From Camelus ferus (taxonomy: Eukaryota), in NCBI RefSeq assembly GCF_009834535.1, contig NC_045696.1, forward strand, positions 71,488,001 to 71,552,000: DNA of 64,000 nt, given 5' to 3'. The position numbers and the translations under genes were made by a program. Under the pieces are notes generated by a model. That model saw nothing but the letters and a program-made list of their open reading frames with translations. It did not search any database and was not told the origin of the DNA. Positions 10,700 through 23,020 of the stretch are shown here, one piece after another. Each line of letters starts with the position of its first letter. The stretch's first letter is position 1.

Positions 10700-12377
10700 G
10701 ACATTTCAAAAATGTCTACACAAAACAAAACAGGAGAATAGGTAAACAAATTGTAGTACACCCAAAGAACTTCTGATCTAAACAACAACAGGAATAAATC
10801 TCAAAGTAAAAGAAGCCAGACATGGAATAGGAGTGCATACTAAATGATTCTATTTATATGATGTTTGAGAACACACAGATTAATCTATGGTAAAAGAAAA
10901 GAGAATAGTAGTTGGGGTGCTGGTGGTGGGGACTGACTGAGAAGAGGTATAGAGAATCTTTCTGGGGTGACAGAAATATTTTATATCTTAATAAAAGTGT
11001 GGGTTACTTGGGTATATGCAGTCAGAAAAACTCACTCCAACTATACACTTAAAAATCTGTGTATTTCACTGTATATAAACTATACCTTGGGAAAAGGACT
11101 ATACAAACATATCTGATCAAGCTCTCCCCTGCTTGAAATTTTCCAATGGTTTCCCGTAACACTCCTTAACATGACCTACAAGATCTTACATGAATTGGGC
11201 CCTGCCTGCTTCTCTGTCCTTAATCATTAAGATCCAGACACACGGGGTTTCTAGAGAGTACACCTCAATCTTTCCTAAGGGTGTTGGGACTTAACGATTC
11301 CTTCTGCCTGGAATGCTCTTCCCCCAGGTTAACTTTACCAGATCCTGCTCAAATGCCCGCCTTATCAGAGAAGGCCTTCTCTGATCATACTGTCCAAGAT
11401 AGCTCTCCCCATATTCCCTCTCCAAAGTTCTTGGAAGCTCTCAAAAAATTATTTGCTGAATAAATACATGAAGGGATAACTAAAATATATGCAAAAATAC
11501 AAACACCCACAGGGAACATATCTACTAGCTTTCATCCTTTTTTTTATTATAATACTTACAAGTCTATTTGTTGATACTGCTATACCTTCAAATATTCAAG
11601 GTATTATAGCTAAATGTTTAAAATAAAGGGATGTGCAAAGTTATACACAGACACAAGCAAAAAGATAGCAGACATGGCAAGATTGATAACAGAATAATTT
11701 AAGGCAAAAAATTTAACACAAAAAGATTTTATTACTATTAAAAGACACAATCGAAAAGATATGTCAAACTATACATCAAACAACATCATCTCTAAACATA
11801 TAAAACATAAACCAGAAACACAAGGAGAATTTAAGAAAATCACAATCATAACAGGAGAATTTGAACATACTGCTCTCGTAAATTTAAAAGATCAAGAAGA
11901 CAACAGATAAAAATACAGATGATACAGACAATGCAATTTACAAGCCAGATTTATGGATATGTACAACTCTGAACCCAAAAGAGAATAACCCATTTGAAAT
12001 GTCTATAAAATTCATTAAAATTAAATCATATAAGTTATATGAAGTCTCAATTATTATAAAATAAGGAAATGTTACAGCCATATTCTGATTTTAATAGAAT
12101 TAAATATGAAATTATTAACAAAAACTCACTATTAAATGAAAATAAGGTACTCTTCTAAATACTTCATGCTCATAACTCAAAAAGGAAATTAAAATAACAG
12201 ACTATTTAAAAAATATCAACAAAAAGGACACAATATATCTAAACCTATGGAAATGTGGCCAAAGGCATCCTCAGAGGAAAATGAGAGACCAGTTTTCATT
12301 TGTGAATATATGCAGATACAAATTCAATCCAGTGGGGTATTAAAAGAATAGTGCATCGTGACTAGAAGGATTTATTA
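10700..12377 (+). mobile_element. Cluster of old repeats: L1M 3' fragment (~10700-11090), L2-like piece (~11110-11480), L1 ORF2 fragment (~11590-12377)
   Basis: L1 3' motifs 'gacagaaatattttatatctt..gtgggttac'; L2-type 'ctgcctggaatgctcttcccc' and 'tatttgctgaataaat'; A-rich ORF2-like sequence ending near the IKRIIHHDQVGFIP-like motif. Confidence 0.7.
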
Positions 12378-12950
12378 CCAGCAATATTTATTTAAAGTAC
12401 TGGGGATATCCAGAAGCAAGGTGATTTGCACTGCCCATGTCTAATGTTGGACTTTTAGGAATACATTAATGCAACTGACTTTCAGTAATCCAAATGTATG
12501 TAATCCATTTCATGAGTTATATTTTGCAAACTAAAAATAGCAGGAGCTTTTACCCTGACACCATCCATGCTTCACAAAGACTGTCCAATGTGCACACTAA
12601 GAAAGAATACCCATTTTAATAGTATACTGACAAAAATCATTAGGCATGAAGTCTTTCCAGAAGAGTCGAAATATATATTTCAATATCAATTTAAATTTTT
12701 CCTCTATTTGAAGATTACTTATAGAACCGTCATCTCCCATTGATACAGATAACTGAAAAAATTTCTTCCCCAAATTAGGCTTATTTTTCATAATACAAGC
12801 CATCTGAAGTAGTCTATTATAGAAAAGACTCAGACAAATCTAAAAGGAAGAAGAGACGATTTTGTTCTCATTTTCATGTAAGTTGGTACTGACAAAAACT
12901 CTATCCTATTTACTCTAAGTCAGGTACTTATACACAAAACCATTTGAACA
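12378..12950 (-). other. Degraded filovirus-like L remnant (~EBOV L 963-1118, plus a short piece from ~490-510 at 12950-12905)
   Basis: IEFLSVPT (EBOV IDFVLNPS); DLSESFL** (DLTSFLRQ); KNK......FQLSVSMGDD (KNK....FHASADFEDE); KMGILS* (RLQILGY); PAIFSLQNIT (PVLDRLRKIT); QITLLLDIPSTLNKYCW (QITCTVDLAQILREYSW, 12428-12378). Confidence 0.75.
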
Positions 12951-13629
12951 TAGAGTATCCCCTCATCTGTGGGGGAAACATTCCAAGACACCCAGTGGAT
13001 GCCTGAAACAGAGGACAGTGCTGAATGCTGTTTTCTGTTCATGTCTTCCACCCCGAAACTTAATGCCTTTTCTATCTTAACTAGGTACTTTTCATACACT
13101 GTAGCTATAACTTTTGCCAATTGAGGTGTGAGAGCAAAACTAACACAAATTTCTTCTTCCTTCTTCGCAATTTCACAGATGGAAGATTCATTCTTACAGC
13201 AGATCTTAGCAACCAAAATTTTTTTCTTATTAACTTTCACCTTTTCACCTAAAGAAAATACTTTGTAGCTTCTCTTTGGCGTATCTGAATTGCCAGCATC
13301 ATTATTCTTTCACTTTGGGGCCATCACTAAATAAAATAAAGGTGACCTGAACACAAGCACTGCAATACCAAAACAGTTGATGTGATAACCAAGAAGGCTA
13401 CGAAGTGACTAACTGGAAGAATACACTGGACAAAGGGATGATTCATATCCCAGGTGGGACAGAAGGGATGGCACGAGATTTCATCATGCTACTCAGAAAG
13501 GTGTGCAATTTAAAACTTATTTCTGGAATCTTCCATGTCATATTTTCAGGCTACGGTTGATGGCAGGTAACTGAAACCATGGAAAGCAAAACTCTGGGTA
13601 GCAAAACCATGGAGAAAGGGGGACTACTA
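12951..13629. mobile_element. MER44/Tigger7-like Tc1-mariner DNA transposon
   Basis: Ends resemble MER44 TIRs ('tagagtatcccctcatctgtggggg..ttccaagacacccagtggatgcctgaaac' and 'ggagaaagggggactact'); internal ORF 12920..13240 resembles a Tigger transposase N-terminal HTH region. Confidence 0.85.
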
Positions 13630-14670
13630 TTACTTGTTGGCCAGCACAATCACTTTATCTTCAACTCATCTGGTATGGAAAGAAAACAGGTCTTTTAAAT
13701 TAAAATAGCCATAAATTTACACTGGACCAGAATGGTGGGAAGCTGACAGAGGTCAGTCATTAGCATCAAACTGATGTGAATCATAGAAAGAACCGAGCAA
13801 AATGGAAACAGCTAGACAGTTGAGCTCAAAAAACTATTATCATTTAAGTATTACCTACTTCCAGGTCAAAAACACCTACTTTCCTATCATAAATAAAATT
13901 GCTTAAGACCGCAGAAGATGCTATATAAGGTCTGCCCCAGAATCCATTCAGGACAGTACTGTCTTCAATCTTGCAAAGTAAGAAGAAAAAGAGTTGACGA
14001 TCAAACAGCTGTTCTAAATTATTCACGCCCTGTTTCTATCCATTAGTGCAAAACTGGAGAGCTGGACTTAGGTAAGTTTTACCTATCCTTTCCCCCAGCA
14101 CTTCAACTTACTTTTTTCTGGACAGAGTGAGCTATCTGGGACGTTTATGAGTTTTGAGATATTTAGGGTAAATTCTTAAGCTGACAGAAAGTAGTCCATA
14201 TAGCACTCCAGTAACTTTCTTGGAGTCACTTTCAGACAAAAATCATTGAAATTATCTAAAGTGATAGTTCTGACTCATGTGACAATCTCATTGTTTCACT
14301 TGTAAAGCCATAAAAGTTTTGTTTCCAAGAGAAACAAAAAGAAAAAAACAAAACAAAACTTGTCTACAAATCCAAGTTGAAAAGAAAAGGATATGGACCA
14401 GATAAAGATTGTGTCAAACTCTTAGACAGAGTCACTGAGAATATATAAATTAAGCCAAATCTTGCACACTTCACTAAATAGGGATTTTTCACTGGAGCTT
14501 TCAAACTGACAATAAATCCTATAGGAGTAAGTCTCATGCCTTTCTACCAGGAGCTGAGATTCTAGAAAGAAAACAAGTACCTTAAAACATATGACATTTT
14601 TTAGAAAATTGGTTTTTCTTTAGATCAACATGGCCTAATCTAGAAAATCTACTTATTTACAAAAATATAC
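13630..14670 (-). other. Degraded filovirus-like L remnant: N-terminal region to conserved block I (~EBOV L 45-490, with an internal deletion)
   Basis: TNFLKNV (TKFLSDV); PIGFIVSLKA (PIDFIVPVLLKA); DYFLS (14196; DYLLS); KLIN....SLCPEKSKL (KIIK...PLCLAKIQL); GERIGK (TERKGR); gapless 45-aa WGRPYIASS...V...VF*AQL (13939; WGHPVLHSE...V...VFKYSI); LFS...EDK (LFS...KDR). Spacing is close to EBOV. A possible extreme N-terminus at 14850-14990 is weak. Confidence 0.75.
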
Positions 14671-15277
14671 CTATTGGTGAAAGTTTTCTGGAATTAGATA
14701 CAGTGATGGTTGCAAAACTTTGTAAAAATACTGAAAAAAAAAAAAAAACCCAAAAAACAAAAAAACCCCACTGTTTCACACTTTAAAGGAGTGAATTTTA
14801 TGGTATATGAATTAGAGCTCACCAAAGCCATTATAAAAAATAACAATAACAAACCCACTAGATACTAACCTTAAAAGGAAATTCATTGACAGATTATCCT
14901 TCCCCAAGTATGCGTGTGCACACTTGCAGGAGGACAAGGTGGTCAGCCGAGGAATCAACATTAGCAAGACCATTTGGGGGGAGGGGTTAGACACAGATTT
15001 GTTAACACTTTCAAATTTAATATTTTTGTCAAATATTTCAAATATTCAAAAAGGCAGAAAATGATCAGTGAGAGGAGTACAAGGAGGTTCAAAAGTATCA
15101 GTCATCTCCCATTTCTTAAACTGCAGGGTAACTAAGTAGGTATTTGTTACTTTATTATTATTCTTTAAAATATACCTCCTTATTATATGTGCTCCTTGGT
15201 ATATACAATGTATTTAACAATCTTAAAAAATAAAACTTAAATTTAGAAATAAAGAAATTATGTACAATCATACTATA

Positions 15278-15900
15278 GAACAGGTAAGTTCCACTATAAT
15301 GTGACATATGCATTCTTAAAAATCACCACGCTGTATAAGTTTACATACTAAAAACCATAGGCTTATGGGAAAAAATGGGTTTGGGCACAACACTCAAAAA
15401 TTTTATCAGTAACATTAAAAAAAAAGGAATCTAATAAAAACGGTAGCACAGTTTTACACATTAAATGGTTAAGAATTATATAAATGCTACATTAAATATG
15501 GCACTTGAAAAAGACCTCAAGTTTGCTTGTGGAAGTGGGCATCGAAAGGTTACAGCTTGTGAGTTACTGCAAAGTAGTAGGAGGCTAATCTGAAATCAAC
15601 AGAAAATTATAACACCAGATGTGCATGGGTGTGGCTCATAACACAGCAGTAAACTGAGGTTGCTGGAGGACCTCTGAGGTGTGTGCCTGCAGGCGACTTG
15701 TATTTTCCTTCTGTGGCTCAATTCACTAGGGTGCAGTCTTCTCCATTTACCAAGCATTTCTTACAGACAAAATGACCAAGCATTTCTTACAGACAAAATG
15801 ACCCAAAAGCAAATGTGAAATTCACATTATACTCAAATAGTTCTCTAATATATCAATTGCACTGAAACAAATTCGTGTTTTCTTATAGCAAAACTGTTTT
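15278..15900. mobile_element. Tigger-family DNA transposon fossil
   Basis: TA-flanked start 'caggtaagttccactataatgtgacatatgcattcttaaaaatcacc' and end '..ttatagcaaaactg'. Confidence 0.6.
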
Positions 15901-16269
15901 GCAATGCAGCCACTAAAAAATGTGCTAATGTGAAAATACCTGTCAGATAAATTGTAAAGTGAAAAAACCAAGGTGCAGAATGGTAATGTATGCTTTGATT
16001 CTTTCTGTGTAAACAAGGGGAAAGAAGACCACAAACAATGCTGGTAGATGCTTGGGTAGGTTTTTCTGGAAGAAATGATAAAAAATGATTAACAATAGTT
16101 ACATCTGGGTAGTGCTTTTGCTTTTCAATTTATTCCTGACCATAATGTTTGAATTTTCTAACCATGGACATGGGGCCAAAAATGCCAAAAGGACTAATCT
16201 GGGAGATGGATTATAGGTGTCTTTATGTATATTTCTGTTCTCTTCTTACTTCTCCATATGTTGAAAAGA

Positions 16270-17600
16270 AACTACAGAGAATGTAGAACAACTGGAATTC
16301 TCATACATTAGTGGCAGGAATGTAAAATGGTACAACCACTTTGGAAAACAGTTTGGCAGTTTCTTAACAAATTAAACAAACCCTACGATATGACTCATTC
16401 TATTCCTAGGTATTACCCAAGAGAAATAAAAGCATATGTGCGTGCAAAAACTTGTACACAAATGTTCACAGCAATTTTATTTACAATACTCAAAAACTAG
16501 AAACAACCCAAATGGCCACTAACAGGTGAATGGATAAACAAATTGTGATATATCCATACAATAGAATACATTAATCAATAAAAAGGAATGAGCTGATACA
16601 TGCAACAACATGAATTAACCTCAAAATAATGCTGAGTGATAGAAGTCAGCTTAAGAAAAAAGAATATACTACAATGATTCCATTTATATAAAATGTAAAC
16701 TAGTCTATTGTGACAGAAACCTGACTAGTGGTTGCTGATGGGGCAACGATGGGGAGGAGAGAGACTGGGATCACAAAGGGGCATGAGAAAAATTGGAAGG
16801 ATGATGCATACGTTTACTATCTTGATTGTCTTGACAGTTTCACAGGTGTATAAATATGTCAAAACTTACCAAGTTATATACTTTATATATGTGCAGTTTA
16901 TGGCATGCCAATTGTACCTCAATAATCTATTTAAACACACAAACAGCAATTAAATATAGACTGTCAAAAAATGTATAAAGAATACACAATGGGAACCCTC
17001 ATAGATTGTTGGTGGAAACGTAAAATGGTACAGTCACTGTGGCAAACAGTTTGTCAGTTCCTCAAAAAATTAAACACAGAATTACTATGTGTCCCAGCAA
17101 TTCCACTCCTGAAAATGTATGTCCACATAAAAACTTGTATGTATAAATGTTCATAACAGCATTATTCATAAATGTGAAAAAATGGAAGCAACTCAAATGT
17201 CTAGACAAACAAAACATGATATATTCATACAATGGATTATCAAGCATTAAAAAAGAATGAAGTACTGACACATGCTACAATGCAGATCAACTTTGACTAT
17301 ATCATGCTAATTAAGTTAAAAAAGCCAGATATGAAAGGCCACAGGTTATATGATATTTCTGTGAAATGTCCAGAAACAGGAAAATCCACAGACAGAGCAA
17401 GTGACTGCCAGGGGATGAGGTGAGGAGGGAACTGAGACTGACTGCAAATAGGATTGGGGTTTCTTTCTGGAATCACAAAAATGTTATGGAATTAGATGGT
17501 AGTAATGGTTGTACAACCTTATGAATATACCAAAAAAAAAAAAAAGCCCCAAATTATACACTTTCAAATGGTGAATTTTATCTCAACAAAAAAGTATACA
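16270..17600 (+). mobile_element. Two tandem L1M 3' fragments
   Basis: Repeated ORF2 C-terminal and 3' UTR motifs ('gtaaaatggtacaaccactttggaaaacagtttggcag'); ORF 16971..17156 is L1 ORF2-like. Confidence 0.85.
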
Positions 17601-18429
17601 CTCTCAAATAAACTAATTAAAAAAAATAGATAACGATCACCAACGTATCCCCAACTCTGAGAATAAAAACATTATGAATAAAGTTGAAGCCTCTGCCCCT
17701 TGGCATCATGGTCACTGTTAGCCTTTGTTACCACCACATAACAGGTCTCTCCCCACACTTACCCTATAGCTCATTCTTCAAATAAACAGAATAAACAATC
17801 CTTGGTTAGGAGAACTAGTTCTTCTACCTCTCCTTGTCCACAATCATCAAAGTTCATGCCTGAACTTCTCCTAATTACCTAATTGCCTCTCAAATGAGTT
17901 CGTATTCCATCCTACCTTCTCCCTGCTTACTGAAAAGCTATTCATCCTTCAAGAATCAAATCAGATTCCAATTCATCCATGAAGTGTATTACAGCCTTCA
18001 AAAACTTTTTTTTTTTCCTAACTTCCACAGACCAGATGATACAGAAACAATCTGTTTCGTAAGTCTTTGTTTTCTATGAGGGAAAAGTGCACCAATCCTG
18101 ACTCTCACCCTCCATTCAGTAGCAGTGTAGAAAACAGACTGAAAGGGGGTCAGGGTTAAAGGCAGGGAGGTGCGGGCCAATTTAAGGAGGTGGCAATGAA
18201 GAATTCTATTCTCTGTGACTGAATGAGAAGAGAGGAGAATCAAGTATTTCTGAGAATCTATCCTAAGGAAATACTCTCAAAGCTGGTGATGTGTATCATG
18301 TGTGGGTTGTACTTACAGATCTACAACTTAAATGTTAGTTCTCCTCTTTCTATATATATTATGATAAAAAACTAGAAACAATCCATAGCAAATTACAGTG
18401 TATCAGTTGAATGAATATGAAGGCTTTTT

Positions 18430-20360
18430 AATGTAGGGGGACATGATCTTACATGTAGAAAATCCTAAAGATTCCATCCCAAAATTGTTAGAACTAATAA
18501 AAGAACTCAGCAAATAGTAGGATACCAAGTCAACACATAAAAATCGGTTGTATTTCTATAAATGAATAAACAATATGAAAAGGAAATTACAAAAATATTT
18601 CCATTTATAAAATCATCAAAAAAAACCCCCAAAACAACAACACTTAGGAAGTAACCAAGGAGGTGAAAGACTTATACAATGAGAACTACAAAACACTGCT
18701 GAAAGAAATTAAAGAAGACATAAATAATTGGTAACACATTCCATGTTCAAGACAGTATTGTTAAAAAGTCAATACTATTCAAAGCCATCTACAAATTCAA
18801 TGCAATCCCTATCAAAATCCCAATGACATTTTTTGCAGAAGTAGAAAAACCCACCCTAAAATTCATATGAAATCTCAAGTGACCCTAAATAATCAAATAA
18901 TCTTGGAAAAAAAAAAAAAACTGGAGGACTCACACTTCCTGATTTCAAAACGTACTAGAAGCTACAGTAATCAAAACAAGTGTGGTACTGGCATAAACAC
19001 AGATATACAGTCCAGTGGAAGAGAGAGCCCAGAAATAAATTCTTACATATATGGTCAAATAATTTTTGACAAGGGTGCCAAAACCATCAGTGGGGAAAAC
19101 AGTCTTTTCAACAAATAGAGCTAGGAAAGCTGGATATTTATATGCAAAAGAAAGAAGTTAGATTCTTACCTAATACCATGTACAAAAACTAACTCAAAAT
19201 AGATCAAAGACATAAATACAAAACTTAAAACAATAAAAGTTTTAGAAGAAAACAGACAAAAGCTTCACAAAATTGGATTTGGCAATTTCTCGGCTATGAC
19301 ACCAAAGACAGGTAATGAAAGAAAAAGGAGACAAACTGGACTTCCTGAAAAATTTTGTGCATCAAAAGATACTACCAAAGGGAAAAAGGCAACCCCTAGA
19401 ATGGGAGAAAATATTTGCAAATAATGTATCTGATAACAGATTAATAACCAGGATATAGAGAGAACTCCTAAAATTCAACAAAAAACTTGATTCAAAAATG
19501 GGCAAAGGATTTGAATTGACATTTCTCCAAAGAAGACATGCAAATGGCCAATAAGCACATGAAAAGATACTAAACATCACTAATATTAGGGAAGTGCAAA
19601 TCAAAAACAGAACAAGGTATCACCTGACATCCATTAGGATGGCTACCATAAAAAAAAAACAGAAAACAAGTGCTGGCGAAGACATGAAGAAGTTGGAACA
19701 CTTGTGCACTGTTGGTGGGAATATAAAATGGTGTAGCCACTATAGAAAACAGTACGGCAGTTGCTCAGAAAATTAAAAATAAAATTACTGTATGATCCAG
19801 CAATTCCACTTTTGGGTAAATACCCAAAGAACTGAAAGCAGGGACTCAAACAGGTATCTGTACACCCGCATTCTTAGGAGCATTATTCACAAGAGCCAAA
19901 AGATGGAAGCAACTCAAGTGCTCATCAACAGATGAATGGATAAACAAAACGTGATATATACATACACTGCAATATCATTTAGCCTTTAGAAAGGACGGAA
20001 ATTCTGACATATGTCACAACATGAATGAACCTTGAGGACATTATGCGAAGTGAAATAAGTCAGTTACAAAAGGACAAATATTGTCTGATTCCACTTATAT
20101 GAGGTACTCAGAGTAGTCAAAAATCTCAGAGACAGAAAGTAGAAATGGTGACTGTCCCGAGCTGGGGGTAAGGAGGAAATGAAGGTTATTGCTTAATGGG
20201 TATAAAGTTTCAGTTTTACAAAATGAAAACGGTTGTGGAGATGATGGTGATGGTTGCACAACATAATGAATGTATTTAATACCACTGAACTGTACATTTA
20301 AAAATGGTTACAGTGGTAAATTTCATGTTATGTGTATTTTACTACAATTGAAAAAAAAAA
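18430..20360 (+). mobile_element. L1 (L1MA/MB-type) ORF2 3' part and 3' UTR
   Basis: ORFs 18867..19118 (PEINSYIYGQIIFDKGAK) and 19594..19776 (MQIK..RYHLTSIRMATIKK) are L1 ORF2 fragments. Confidence 0.9.
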
Positions 20361-20759
20361 GTACATATAAGGAGTTAAGTGGTAAGTATGGTTTTTCTAT
20401 TATTAACCATGTCCTTCCTTCTAGAGTATCTATTCCAGAGAACAGAGGTGAGGGGGAGGACACATAAGGGGGAAAATTCTGTAAGCTTTATATCAGGCTA
20501 TATATTTTTAGTATCTAGAGAACTCTTGACAATTAGAAAATCAATCAGTTAGAAAAATGACAAACACAAATGAAAATATGCACAGAGGACAGGAACAGAA
20601 ATTCACAAATGGCCAATAAATGTGAAAAAATGTTCACACATACCGGTGATCAAGGAATGAAACAAGACATCATTTTTCATTATCAAATTTAGTTTGGAGG
20701 AAGATGAAAATAAGGTGTCTTGAACAAGGGCACCTGTTTCTAATTCAGGGGCGCTGTTT

Positions 20760-21580
20760 CTAACTCATACTCATTGTCTTCACTTCCTCATGATTTGTTT
20801 CCACCTCCTGATTCTAGAACTCTGGATAATAATACGAAAGACCAAACTAATAACTTCAGCATTGCCAGATCCAATTGAGCATCTCACTAAACAACTCAGA
20901 AGCACTGACAGACCAAGTCTCCACCATCTAGAAACTTCTCTCTCATGACTTCTATACCACCAGTCTCCTGCTTTTCCTCCTACCTCACTGTTTCTTCTGT
21001 CCTGTGCTCAATCTTCTTACTCTGCAAGACCTCCAAGCATTGGAATGTCTGAGTCTCCAGTTTTCACTTCTCTATGTATACTTTTTCCCCAAGTGATCTC
21101 ATGTAGTCCTATAACTTTGAGTATCATCTGTATACTGAATATTCCCCAAATTTTATCTCCAGCTCTAGGCTCTCTCTTCTAGGAGCTCCAAACCTGTACA
21201 ACCAATTGCCTCAACATACCGATTTTTGTATCCAATATACACTTCAAATTTAATACACCCAAAACAGAACTCGTGATTTCTCCCAACTCAAATTTCTCTC
21301 TTCCATTCTCACTGAATGCCACCATCTACTCCTAGTTGCTCAAAACAAGGATCAAAAAGGAAAAAGTTCTCCCTTTCCCTCACCAATCCATTTCCAAGTC
21401 TTGTTCAGTCTACCTCCAAAATACCTGTTAATTTTTCTACTCTTCTCCATCTCCACAACCACAGACCTACTCCAGAGTACTGTAAACTAACTGACCTCCC
21501 AGCTTCCACTCTTGCCCTCTTCCTCTGTGCAGCAAATTATGCGACTTGCCTTCTTAAAACCTTCAAAGGTTTCTCATAAA
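20760..21580 (+). mobile_element. L2 fragment
   Basis: Pyrimidine-rich L2-like motifs ('ccaaattttatctccagctc', 'cttcaaatttaatacacccaaaacagaactc'). Confidence 0.6.
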
Positions 21581-22379
21581 AACTAAATTCCTAAAAAGGG
21601 CCTCACCTGCTCCTATTTTTGAAAGAACACACACAACCAAAAATATACACTCAATGATAATACCTCTAGACAGTAAAACTATGCGTACTTTTCCTCGTTT
21701 TCTTGTATTTTTACATTTTTCTATGATAAATACCTGCTACTTGCTTATTAAGAAAGACGAAATTGTACTGCTGAATATACTACATTGCATTTTTACATGT
21801 TAACAAGAAAAGTGAATGGACAATTGTACTTAAAACTCTGTAACTGTTATAAGGCTCAGAAGAAAATACGAGCAAACATCAAAACTCTAAGAATGATGTG
21901 TCAGGGCTGTAGAATTACTGGTGATATTTTTCTCCGCTTTCTGTTTTTTTAACATAATTACATTCATAATAGAAAAAAAAAAGGTTTGCTATAGACCTCA
22001 TTGTCCTCTGCAATCTGGCCACAACCTACCAAAGCAGTTTTTCTTCCAAGTACTCATTTTCCCAAGCTTTCCACTCCAACCCTGCACTGTCTCACACCTC
22101 TGGTGCTTTAACTCGGGCACCATTCCTGGAACAGCCTCCAACCTTCCTAAATCCTACTCATCCTTCACGGTGGAGGGAGACGGTTGGGAAGGCGACAGGT
22201 TGGAGGGAGATTCCAGGATTCTTGCTGATGGATCTACTACTTGCTGGTGCTGGGGCGAAATCTCGTCTCCAATCCCATCACCGGCCACCAGGTTTAACAT
22301 TCTGAAAGCTCCAGCCACTGGGGCTCAAGGGACCACCATCTCCTCAGAGAGCGCGGTGACCCTTAGAAAAGGACACCCC

Positions 22380-23020
22380 ACACACCCAAATTCCGGGTTC
22401 CCGCTTCGGAGACTCCCCCGCCACACACACTCACCGCGGACCCAGCCTCCTCCTCCGGAACCTCTCCTCTCGTCACCCGCTCCCTCCCTCCCCTCAGCCT
22501 GGGGGCCGGCGCGGCCGCCGCGATGGGGGAGGGGCGCGCACGTGCCCGCGCCGCCCCCGCCCAGACAATGCCCGGGAGAGCGGCGCGCGCTCCCGGCGGT
22601 CCCATCCCGCTGCCGCCAACACTCACCCTCTCTCCGGTCTCCTGCTGAAGCGCAGGCCCGCCAGGTGCCGCGAGAGGGCACGGGGGAGGGGTGGGAGCTG
22701 TCCAAGCCCGGCGAAGCCGCCGCGCCAGGAGGCCCCAGCGACCCCGGAGCCCGCGGAAGAGCACGGCTCAGCAGCGCCCGACCGGCCCGTTTGGTCCGCA
22801 CGTCACCAATAGGGGCGGGGCGGGGAGCGCGCGGCGCCAGCGACGGCGGCGGCGGCGGCGGCGCGCTCGCGGTTCCGGGGGCGGAGCTCGCATGGTTGTG
22901 GGCGGGGCCGGAGCCCGGGCGGGGTTGGGGTAGCCCAGCCTCTCACCCCCGCCCTCAGTGCCCTGCACTGCTGCGCTGCCTGGAGGGGAGGGGCGCCGGT
23001 CCGCTAAAGACGCGATCGTA
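22380..23020 (-). promoter_or_regulatory. YEATS2: CpG island: YEATS2 promoter and non-coding first exon(s)
   Basis: Very GC/CpG-rich and upstream of the first coding exon; TGACGTG/CCAAT/GC-box cluster at 22799-22825; two GTGAGT donors on the minus strand (exon ends 22627 and 22435). Confidence 0.9.
22844..22863. repeat. (CGG)6 trinucleotide repeat in the promoter
   Basis: cggcggcggcggcggcggcg read directly. Confidence 0.9.

Noticed and set aside
12500..12803. First reading of this block as premotif A/motif A (KNKPNLGKKF; FAKYN), implying a second viral copy
   Set aside because: The alternative register (EBOV ~963-1118) gives more consecutive collinear matches and joins both neighbouring pieces. 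This shows that single by-eye motif matches can be chance.
12920..13240. 106-aa ORF as a novel gene
   Set aside because: It is a Tigger transposase remnant inside the MER44-like element.
6389..22430. Counterpart of the human YEATS2 intron-1 TTTTA/TTTCA repeat (familial adult myoclonic epilepsy locus)
   Set aside because: I saw no extended pentanucleotide array on either strand in this intron.
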